Source: Patescibacteria group bacterium (GTDB lineage: Bacteria; Patescibacteriota; Patescibacteriia; Buchananbacterales; SURF-54). From it: DNA of 64,000 nt. The DNA lies in the NCBI GenBank assembly GCA_018818885.1, contig JAHIRB010000021.1, positions 12,461 to 76,460 on the forward strand. The letters run 5' to 3'. Below, piece by piece: positions 56,178 through 64,000 of this stretch; position 1 is the stretch's first letter; every line of letters starts with the position of its first letter. The notes under the pieces were generated by a model that was not told the DNA's origin, made no database searches, and saw only the letters and a program-made list of their open reading frames with translations. A program made the translations under genes and the position numbers.

Positions 56178-57671
56178 ATGGCAAAAAAACTAAAAATTGT
56201 ACATTTCTGCTCAGAAGTCGAACCGTTTTCCAAAACCGGTGGTTTAGCTGATGTTGCATCTTCTCTGCCTAAAGCTATTAAAGGAGTAGGCCATGATGTA
56301 ATCATTGTTACACCCTTGTATTCAGAAGTTACTGATCTAAAAAAGTTTAAGCTGAAAAAAATAATTGAGGATATCAAGATTGAATTGAGCGAAGGTGTCC
56401 ATATGGAAGCAGATTTCTGGCAAGGAGAGCTAGAAAAAGGTTTACCTGTTTATTTTGTTGAAAATAATAAATATTTTGGCAAAAGAAAAAGTCTTTATGG
56501 ATCTGAACATGAAAATGCCAGATTTTTCTATTTTGATCTTGCTGCTATCAAATTATTAAAATTGATAAATTTCCAGCCAGATATAGTACACTGTCACGAT
56601 TGGCAAACTGGGCTTATCCCATATTTCTTAAAAAGAAGATATGCCAAAGATGAATTCTTTAAAAATACTGCCACAATTTTTACCATTCATAACCTATTAT
56701 TTCAATTCGGCCACAATTGGTGGAAAGTAAGAAGTAATCTACGTGATGATGGCTACTCACGTCTACCAAAATTCGGCCATACGCCAGCTATTGAGCGTAT
56801 TAATTTTGCTAAACGTGCATTTATTAATTCTGATATCATCAACGCTGTATCAGAACAATATGCAGAAGAAATTATCACCAAGGATTTTGGGCAAGACCTA
56901 CATCGGATATTAAAGAACCGTGAAGATAGGCTCTTTGGCATAGTTAATGGGATTGATTATGATGATTTCAACCCAAAAACTGATCCTGGATTATATAAAA
57001 AATATGATCCTAATTCTTTAAACAAAAAAGCGGAAAATAAAAAGTATTTACAAAAATATTTTGGCTTACCGGTTGATCCAGATATTCCGCTGATTGGAAT
57101 GGTAACCAGAATTGCTGAACAAAAAGGCATTGACTTGGTTATGCCAATTATGGAAGAACTGTTAAAACTAGATATTCAATTTGTCATAATGGGATCTGGC
57201 GAAAAGCACTATGAAAGTTTCTTTAAAAAAATGCAGAAAAAATATCCCAAAAAAGTCGGCACACATCTCGAATTTGACGCCAAACGGGCTACCTCTGTTT
57301 ATGCTGGCACTGATTTATTTTTAATGCCTTCACGCTTTGAACCCTGCGGTTTAGGACAATTAATAAGTTTACGATATGGTTCTATCCCTATCGTTCGTTC
57401 CGTTGGAGGATTAGCTGATACGGTAACGGACTACAATGCAAAAACTAAAAAGGGCAATGGTTTTATATTTCACAGCTACAACCATAAAGCATTATTGATA
57501 TCTCTTGTACGAGCAATTGAAAGCTATAAATATAATGAAAATTGGAACGATCTAGTAAAAAGAGGTATGGAGCAATCATCTTCCTGGGAAATCCCAGCTA
57601 AAAAATATTTGGTCTTATATCGCAAAGCTATCAAACAAAGACAAAAAGACTTGGCTAACAATAAAAAATAA
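56178..57671 (+). CDS. glgA: glycogen synthase (ADP/UDP-glucose: alpha-1,4-glucan glucosyltransferase, GT5)
   Basis: MAKKLKIVHFCSEVEPFSKTGGLADVASSLPKAIKGVGHDVIIVTPLY contains the KTGGLADV motif; 497 aa. Confidence 0.9.
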   Translation: MAKKLKIVHFCSEVEPFSKTGGLADVASSLPKAIKGVGHDVIIVTPLYSEVTDLKKFKLKKIIEDIKIELSEGVHMEADFWQGELEKGLPVYFVENNKYFGKRKSLYGSEHENARFFYFDLAAIKLLKLINFQPDIVHCHDWQTGLIPYFLKRRYAKDEFFKNTATIFTIHNLLFQFGHNWWKVRSNLRDDGYSRLPKFGHTPAIERINFAKRAFINSDIINAVSEQYAEEIITKDFGQDLHRILKNREDRLFGIVNGIDYDDFNPKTDPGLYKKYDPNSLNKKAENKKYLQKYFGLPVDPDIPLIGMVTRIAEQKGIDLVMPIMEELLKLDIQFVIMGSGEKHYESFFKKMQKKYPKKVGTHLEFDAKRATSVYAGTDLFLMPSRFEPCGLGQLISLRYGSIPIVRSVGGLADTVTDYNAKTKKGNGFIFHSYNHKALLISLVRAIESYKYNENWNDLVKRGMEQSSSWEIPAKKYLVLYRKAIKQRQKDLANNKK

Positions 57672-57674
57672 TTT

Positions 57675-59906
57675 TTGCCTATGATCACTTGGGTTAATTT
57701 TTTACATATTTATCAACCTCCCTATCAAGATCCTGAGGTTGTACAACAGGTTAGTAAAGAAAGTTACTGGCAGTTGGTAAATATTTTAAAAAAAAACAAA
57801 AATGCAAAAATTACTCTAAATTTTTCTGGTTGCCTTTTAGAACATCTATATAGTGTGGGTCAAGAAAAACTTATTGAAGAATTCAAACAATTAGTTGCTG
57901 GTAGACAAATTGAGCTTGTTGGTTCTGCCAGGTATCATCCAATACTACCACTTTTGCCACCAAATGAAATTAAACGACAAATAGAACTTAATGATCAAAT
58001 TTTAAAACAAGCTTTTGACGATCTTTACCATCCAACGGGGTTTTTCTTGCCAGAGATGGCTTACAATGCTAACGTAGCAAAAATAATTAAAAAACTGGGA
58101 TACAAATGGATTATTCTAGATGAGATTGCGTATAAAGGACGATTAGGACTAGTTGACTATAACAAAAAATATAAAATAAAAAATATCGGCTTAATGGTTG
58201 CCTTTCGTAACCGTGATATTTCCAAAACATTTGTACCAGATACCATACTGAGCCTGACAAAAAAAAGCAATCCTCCTAATTTTCTAATAACTGCCACAGA
58301 CGGCGAAATGTACGGACATCACCATCATGACTGGCAAAATGTATTTGAACAAATTTTAAAAAATAATCAAGTAAGGACAAAAACAGTCTCTGAATATCTT
58401 GAACTGAGCATGCCAACTGAATCTGTCACTCCACTGGCAAGCAGTTGGGAAAGCACCCCTCAGGAACTGAAAAGAAAGCTCCCCTATGCTCTATGGCAAA
58501 ATCCAAAAAACAAGATACATCAAAACCTTTGGGATCTAAGAAAAATTGCTATCAGGGTTGTCAGCGCCAGTAAAGAAAAAGGGCCTAATTACGATTGGGC
58601 TAGGCATCACTTAGATAGAGGCCTTGCCAGCTGTGCCTGGTGGTGGGCAGCAGATAGGAAGCTTGATCTTTTTGATTTTGTCACTTGGAATCCAGATGCT
58701 GTAGAAAAAGGCATAAAAGAATTAATTTCTAGTATTAGATCGCTACACAATGTATCACAAAAAACAAAACTTGAAGCAGAAAAACTGTATCATTTATTAA
58801 TTAAAGAAATTTGGAAAAAGCACTGGAAGAAATATCATAAAACTCAACCAGAAGCAAAAAAAATGTCTACTGAGATTAGACGCGGACTTTCTCTTTTAGA
58901 CCAGAACTTCTTAATAAAACTTTTCAAGAAACATGTAGCCCCACAAATTATTGGCAAAGACGAAATTAGTTACATCGCCATTAATACGTTCAAACAAAAA
59001 ATTGGTCAGCAGTCTTTTTATCATATTGTAGCTAGATACGAAGTACATTTTAAAAATAAAAAGATGAAACCGGTTGTCATATTCTGCAACTCAAATTCTA
59101 AAGAACCTAGACAAGGTGCATTTGAAGCTTTAGACCATTTGTGGAAAAATGATTTTTCTAAAGGAAATTTGATGTGCCCACAACCATTATTTTTTCTAAA
59201 ACGCTACAAAGCAATGTTTTACTTGGAAGCATCCGGAAAAAATCTTTATCAATATATTATTGATCCACAAACAAAGTTTCGAGAACTTAAAAACATTGTA
59301 AAACTTTCTGGTCGCTGGCTGGCAAAACTGCATAATCTTCCTACTGACAAAGTAAAAAATTTCAATCCTGCTCACAGTAAAATTTCTACAATATTGCCTG
59401 GCCCAAAACACTTTCTAAAATCAATTGATATAAAGCATAACAAATATCCAAAATACCATGATCAAACTGAAAAACTTTTCCACAAAATTAACAATTTAGA
59501 AAAAAAGTGGGGTTTTGATGAACAATATATTATCCATGGTGATTTCCACCCAGAAAATGTAATCTATAATAAACAAAATAATTTGTTATTAGCAATTGAT
59601 TATACTGACTGCTGTTTAGGCCACTATGCCAGAGACTTGGCCAGCTTTATTCAACAACTTGGATACATGTCACGAAAAAATATTAGTTATCTCCAAATTA
59701 AAAAACTACAAAAAATATTTTTGCAATCATATTTAAAAAGAAGAAAAATCAAGCTAAAAACAAAAGATCACAACAGGCTTAATCTATATAAAGCTTGGAC
59801 ATCGTTAAGAAGCGCAATATTTTTTCTAACTGTTAGCACTTTTGATAGACCTCGCGCTGATGCGTTATTTGAAGAAACTAAAGGCTACTTAAAAAAAATA
59901 AAATAA
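57675..59906 (+). CDS. fusion protein: N-terminal GH57 alpha-glucan enzyme (branching enzyme/amylase-like), C-terminal APH/maltokinase-like phosphotransferase domain
   Basis: GH57 motifs NFLHIYQPPY, GFFLPEMAYN and ATDGEMYGHHH in the first ~450 aa. The C-terminus carries ...YIIHGDFHPENVIYN...LLAIDYTDCCLGHYARDLASFI..., the Brenner/APH HGDxxxxN...D kinase motif. 743 aa in a single ORF. Confidence 0.7.
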   Translation: MPMITWVNFLHIYQPPYQDPEVVQQVSKESYWQLVNILKKNKNAKITLNFSGCLLEHLYSVGQEKLIEEFKQLVAGRQIELVGSARYHPILPLLPPNEIKRQIELNDQILKQAFDDLYHPTGFFLPEMAYNANVAKIIKKLGYKWIILDEIAYKGRLGLVDYNKKYKIKNIGLMVAFRNRDISKTFVPDTILSLTKKSNPPNFLITATDGEMYGHHHHDWQNVFEQILKNNQVRTKTVSEYLELSMPTESVTPLASSWESTPQELKRKLPYALWQNPKNKIHQNLWDLRKIAIRVVSASKEKGPNYDWARHHLDRGLASCAWWWAADRKLDLFDFVTWNPDAVEKGIKELISSIRSLHNVSQKTKLEAEKLYHLLIKEIWKKHWKKYHKTQPEAKKMSTEIRRGLSLLDQNFLIKLFKKHVAPQIIGKDEISYIAINTFKQKIGQQSFYHIVARYEVHFKNKKMKPVVIFCNSNSKEPRQGAFEALDHLWKNDFSKGNLMCPQPLFFLKRYKAMFYLEASGKNLYQYIIDPQTKFRELKNIVKLSGRWLAKLHNLPTDKVKNFNPAHSKISTILPGPKHFLKSIDIKHNKYPKYHDQTEKLFHKINNLEKKWGFDEQYIIHGDFHPENVIYNKQNNLLLAIDYTDCCLGHYARDLASFIQQLGYMSRKNISYLQIKKLQKIFLQSYLKRRKIKLKTKDHNRLNLYKAWTSLRSAIFFLTVSTFDRPRADALFEETKGYLKKIK

Positions 59907-60007
59907 CGACCCACACTAATTGTTATGTTTAAAACGCTTAATAAAAATTTAATAAGTACAAATATCAATACGCCTATGTTAAATAAAATAATTGGTGGGC
60001 GGTAAAT

Positions 60008-60574
60008 ATGCAACATCATTTAATTTTTGAGGGTGCAGAACTTGCAGGCAAAAGCTATCTAATGGCTCCTGTTTATAATTTCTTGGAAGAAAAATACAAT
60101 CAGAATAAAGTTGTGTTGGACGGCTGCCATTGGTTTAATTCTGATGTTGGTATATTTGGAACTACTTATGGTAAACCATGTATTGAAAAATATACTGAGA
60201 TGCTCAGTTTGTTAAAAGACAAAAACATTTTATTCGAAAAATTCCATATTTCTGATATAGTCTACAACCGCCTTCATAATAATATTGAACTGGATTATTC
60301 TAAAACTGAAACAAAACTAAAAAATCTTAATACTAAAATCATTCTTTGCACTTACACAGAAGACGAAAAACTAATATCAGAACGAATCAAAGACAGGCTG
60401 AATCTTTACCCACACTATAAACGTATTTTGCATGATCCTAAGTGGTACATACAACAGCAGCAACAATATATAGAAGAAGTTAAAAAAAGTCAATTACCAT
60501 ATAAAATTATTGACCTGACAAAAATACCTAACCAAAAGTACAAAGATGTGCTAAAATGGATTGGTGAAAAATAA
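60008..60574 (+). CDS. P-loop kinase-like hypothetical protein (dNK/dTMP-kinase-like Walker A)
   Basis: LIFEGAELAGKSYL resembles a nucleoside(-monophosphate) kinase P-loop; 188 aa. Weak call. Confidence 0.4.
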   Translation: MQHHLIFEGAELAGKSYLMAPVYNFLEEKYNQNKVVLDGCHWFNSDVGIFGTTYGKPCIEKYTEMLSLLKDKNILFEKFHISDIVYNRLHNNIELDYSKTETKLKNLNTKIILCTYTEDEKLISERIKDRLNLYPHYKRILHDPKWYIQQQQQYIEEVKKSQLPYKIIDLTKIPNQKYKDVLKWIGEK

Positions 60575-60586
60575 TATTAACAATTT

Positions 60587-61489
60587 ATGAAAAAATCAAA
60601 ACTCCCATATTATATAGGCGTTGACGTAGGCGGAACAAAAATTGCTGCTGCATTGATTACCAACAATAAAATTCAAAAACGTATAAAGATACCTACCGAA
60701 AGTAGCCGGGGCAAAAAAGTAGTCTTAAAAAATATTGAAACAGCAGTTAGAGAAGTTTGGCAAAAAAACGTCAAAGCAATTGGTGTTAGTTTTGCAGGAC
60801 AAATTGATCAAAAAAAAGGTATCGTGATCGTCAGCCCTAATTTTTCTAAAAATTTTAAAAACGTAAAAGTTGCAGCTTTTTTAAAAAAGAAATTTAAAAA
60901 ACCTACCTTTGTCGAAAACGACACAAATTGTTTTGCGTTAGCAGAAAGTGTGTTAGGTGCGGGCAAAAAATATAAATACGTTGTAGGTTTAACGATAGGA
61001 ACTGGTGTTGGGTCTAGCATGATATTTGATGGTATTATTTTTCATGGAGAAAATGGCGCTGCTGGAGAGTGGGGGCATACCTCTATTGTAGAAAACGGTT
61101 TAACATGTTCTTGCAAACAAGTTGGGCATTTTGAAACTTATGCTTCTGGCAGTGGTATGTCTAAGCTTTACAAAAAAATCACCGGCAAGGAAAAGGATAC
61201 GTTTTATATTGAACAGCAGGCCAAAAAAGGTGATAAACATGCCAAACTTGTTTTAAAAATAATGTCTGAATCTTTGGGTGTAGGCATAGCAAATATCATC
61301 AACGCCTTGAATCCAAGCATTATAATAATTGGTGGTGGAATGATACGAGTAAATGATTTATGGAGTCCTGCTTTAAAAATTGCCCGCAAAAAGGCAGTTT
61401 ATCCAATATTGAAAAAAACAAAAATTGTTAAATCTAAATTAAAAGATGACGCTGGATTGTTAGGTGCGACCTTAATCATTAGAAATTGA
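60587..61489 (+). CDS. ROK-family sugar kinase (glucokinase-like)
   Basis: YIGVDVGGTKIAAALI...ENDTNCFALAE...GEWGHTSI...CSCKQVGHFETYASG (ROK Zn motif); 300 aa. Confidence 0.85.
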   Translation: MKKSKLPYYIGVDVGGTKIAAALITNNKIQKRIKIPTESSRGKKVVLKNIETAVREVWQKNVKAIGVSFAGQIDQKKGIVIVSPNFSKNFKNVKVAAFLKKKFKKPTFVENDTNCFALAESVLGAGKKYKYVVGLTIGTGVGSSMIFDGIIFHGENGAAGEWGHTSIVENGLTCSCKQVGHFETYASGSGMSKLYKKITGKEKDTFYIEQQAKKGDKHAKLVLKIMSESLGVGIANIINALNPSIIIIGGGMIRVNDLWSPALKIARKKAVYPILKKTKIVKSKLKDDAGLLGATLIIRN

Positions 61490-61517
61490 AAATTGAAAAT
61501 TAGAAATTATCCATAAT

Positions 61518-64000
61518 ATGCCCATACCGGGATTATCAATTAAAACCCAATCGCCAAAAAACTGGAATAGATCTACGGGCAAATTAACACCGCCAAGTCG
61601 ATCTAGTGGTCCAAAAAAATACGGCAAATATAAACCAAAAAGACTAAAGCTTGGTTCATCTTTAACTAAGTTAATTCTTGGTGTAATTGTAGCTGGTTTA
61701 ATAATTGGTTCTGTCAGCTCATTAGGCGTGCTTATTTGGGTTTCACGTAATTTACCAGACCCTAATAAAATAATTGAACGTGACATAGCGTTAAGCACAA
61801 AAATTTATGACAGGACCGGTGAAGATATTTTGTATGATATTCATGGTGAAGAAAAAAGGACAATGATTGAACTTTCTGATATTCCACAATTTATGCTTGA
61901 CGCAACCCTAACGGCAGAAGATAGAAAGTTTTATGAACATAAAGGCTACAGCATCACGGGTGTAATTCGTTCAGTAATAAAAAACATAACAACTGGCAGT
62001 CGCGTAGGTGGTTCGACCTTGACACAACAGTTAGTAAAAAACGCTATATTATCTCCAGAAAAAACATACACGCGAAAGATAAAGGAACTTATTCTTTCTT
62101 ATCAAATTGAAAGAAAATTTTCTAAAGAAGAAATTTTAAAACTATACTTTAACGAAATCCCCTATGGCTCAACTGCCTACGGAATTGAGGCAGGTGCTCA
62201 AACATATTTTGGTAAATCAGTGGATGACCTTACGTTAGGCGAAGCAGCTATTTTAGCAGCTATGCCACAAGCACCAAGCTACTACTCCCCTTATGGCACA
62301 CATGTTGAGGAACTCTATGGTCGACAAGGATGGGTTTTAGATAGCATGGTAGAGCTTAATTATATTACAGAAGACCAAGCAACTGCAGCAAAAAATGAAA
62401 CAATTGAATTCAAAAAGAAAAGAGAAAGTATTGTTGCTCCTCATTTTGTAATGTATGTAAAAGAATACTTATCTGAAAAATATGGCGAACGCGCTGTTGA
62501 ACAAGGAGGTCTTAAAGTTATTACCACTCTGGATTTATATAAACAAGAAATTGCTGAAGAAGCTGTTACCAACGGTATGAAAAATATTGAAAACAGAGGT
62601 GGCTCAAATGCAGCTTTAGTTGCTCTTGATCCAAAAAATGGACAAATACTAGCCATGGTTGGTTCTAAAGATTTTTACGACGAAGAAATAGACGGGCAGG
62701 TCAACGTAACTATTAGAGATAGACAGCCTGGTTCTTCGTTTAAGCCAATTGTTTATGCTGCAGCATTCCAAAAAGGCTATACTCCAAACACAACTTTATT
62801 TGATGTAGAAACAACTTTTTTAACAGAGATCGGTAAAGACTACACACCAAAAAATTATGACTTAAAAGAACATGGCCCAGTCACTATTAGAAAAGCTCTG
62901 GCAGGATCATTAAATATACCAGCAGTCAAAACCATTTATTTAACAGGGGTGGATAATGTTTTAGATTTAGCAGACAAGCTAGGCTACACCACCTTAAAAG
63001 ACCGTAGTCGCTTTGGACTTTCTTTAGTACTTGGTGGTGGAGAGGTAAAACTTATTGAGCACGTTAATGCATACTCAGTATTTGCACGCGAAGGAGAATG
63101 GCACCCCATTACTTCTATCTTAAGAGTAGAAGATAAAGAAGGTAAAGTACTTGAAGAATGGGAAGAAACACAAAAAAAAGTAATGGAAACTCAAATCGCG
63201 CGTCAGATAAATAATATCTTGTCTGACAATGCAGCTAGAGCCTATGCTTTTGGTGAAAACTCTGCATTGCAGCTAGGAGGTCGCCCTGTAGCTGCAAAAA
63301 CAGGCACTACCAACGATTACAGAGATGCTTGGACCATTGGTTACACTCCGTCGTTATCAGTTGGTGTCTGGGCAGGAAATAACGATAACTCAGAAATGTC
63401 TAGCTCTGGCTCTATGATGACAGGCCCAATCTGGAACGAATTTATGCGTAGAGTATTGGGTGATACGCCAATTGAATCATTTAAAGAACCAGACGAAGTA
63501 AAGACCAACAAACCCATTTTAGATGGGCAAGTTGCCGGACAAGCTACTTATGACATTGATAGAGTGTCTGGCCTATTAGCTACAAAAAATACACCATCAG
63601 ACTATATCGTTAAAAAAACCTTTACACTTGCTCACAACATACTCTACTACGTAAATAAAGACGACCCTCAAGGCCTGCCGCCTGCTGACCCTACTCAAGA
63701 CTGGCAATATCAAAATTGGGAAGACGCAGTAGCAAAATGGGCGCAGGAAAATAACATGGTTTTAGATGAACCCCCTACTGAATATGATAATGTCCATCTG
63801 CCAGAATACCAGCCTACAATCAAAATTAATACACCAAAAAATAACGACAAAATAATTTCACGTGATATTAACTTAGATGTGCAGGCAGCTGCACCACGTG
63901 GAATTTCTAAAGTAGAATATTATATAGATAACTCTTTAATTGGAGTTGCTCAATCACCACCATTTAATATTATGGGGTACATTGGTGATCCTGCAATTGG
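61518..64000 (+). CDS. class A penicillin-binding protein (PBP1A-type transglycosylase/transpeptidase), 5' part; gene runs off the window end
   Basis: ATG at ~61518 (MPIPGLSIKTQSPKNW...), TM anchor, then GT51 motifs EDRKFYEHKGYS, GGSTLTQQLVKN, RKIKELILSYQIE. Later SxxK context ...RQPGSSFKPIVYAAA... and SxN/KTG motifs (KTGTTND). No stop before 64000, so it is absent from the ORF track. Confidence 0.85.
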   Translation, partial: MPIPGLSIKTQSPKNWNRSTGKLTPPSRSSGPKKYGKYKPKRLKLGSSLTKLILGVIVAGLIIGSVSSLGVLIWVSRNLPDPNKIIERDIALSTKIYDRTGEDILYDIHGEEKRTMIELSDIPQFMLDATLTAEDRKFYEHKGYSITGVIRSVIKNITTGSRVGGSTLTQQLVKNAILSPEKTYTRKIKELILSYQIERKFSKEEILKLYFNEIPYGSTAYGIEAGAQTYFGKSVDDLTLGEAAILAAMPQAPSYYSPYGTHVEELYGRQGWVLDSMVELNYITEDQATAAKNETIEFKKKRESIVAPHFVMYVKEYLSEKYGERAVEQGGLKVITTLDLYKQEIAEEAVTNGMKNIENRGGSNAALVALDPKNGQILAMVGSKDFYDEEIDGQVNVTIRDRQPGSSFKPIVYAAAFQKGYTPNTTLFDVETTFLTEIGKDYTPKNYDLKEHGPVTIRKALAGSLNIPAVKTIYLTGVDNVLDLADKLGYTTLKDRSRFGLSLVLGGGEVKLIEHVNAYSVFAREGEWHPITSILRVEDKEGKVLEEWEETQKKVMETQIARQINNILSDNAARAYAFGENSALQLGGRPVAAKTGTTNDYRDAWTIGYTPSLSVGVWAGNNDNSEMSSSGSMMTGPIWNEFMRRVLGDTPIESFKEPDEVKTNKPILDGQVAGQATYDIDRVSGLLATKNTPSDYIVKKTFTLAHNILYYVNKDDPQGLPPADPTQDWQYQNWEDAVAKWAQENNMVLDEPPTEYDNVHLPEYQPTIKINTPKNNDKIISRDINLDVQAAAPRGISKVEYYIDNSLIGVAQSPPFNIMGYIGDPAI

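Noticed and set aside
56168-56377. 69-aa minus-strand ORF at the glgA start
   Set aside because: Antisense to the conserved glgA N-terminus.
61472-61798. 108-aa minus-strand ORF
   Set aside because: Antisense to the 5' end of the PBP1A gene, whose frame carries recognisable GT51 motifs.

Overview
This is a 64 kb window from a very AT-rich (~30% GC) bacterial genome. The gene content (many GT-C-like polytopic membrane proteins, small secreted proteins, compact operons) looks like a Patescibacteria/CPR-type organism. That placement is inference from composition and content only. All calls are by eye and from memory; no searches were run.

Main contents, in order:
- A TrmB regulator, a small TM protein and a B12-binding radical SAM gene (partial, cut by the window start), all on the minus strand.
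- A SpoU RNA methyltransferase and tRNA-Leu(TAA).
- A GC-rich lipoprotein gene, a 4Fe-4S protein and a membrane-embedded spermidine-synthase-like protein.
- ruvB, a bPH-domain membrane protein and a GC-rich foreign-looking block.
- A Wzx flippase plus an O-antigen-ligase-family gene.
- A large secreted protein, then a tandem pair of paralogous GT-C-like membrane proteins.
- An HD hydrolase, then a ~480 bp GC-rich structured-RNA island carrying tRNA-Ser(CGA) inside long inverted repeats.
- galU and a sugar-binding protein.
- A tandem array of ten diversified small secreted two-helix proteins with VirB2/TrbC-pilin-like architecture (25.9-30.6 kb). This is the stand-out feature.
- A DUF2079-like membrane protein.
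- A ~19.5 kb co-directional minus-strand glycosylation island (32.7-52.2 kb). It holds six further polytopic membrane proteins (putative GT-C glycosyltransferases), three GT2 polyprenol-phosphate-sugar synthases, one GT4, five separate SAM methyltransferases and a PGI/PMI.
- NYN and GIY-YIG nuclease genes sharing a 22 bp upstream repeat.
- yebC and ruvC.
- A glycogen module: GH15, glgA, a GH57-kinase fusion and a ROK glucokinase.
- The 5' part of a class A PBP, running off the window end.

Several dispersed short repeats and leader motifs are also noted. Coordinates located by hand may be off by 1-2 nt.
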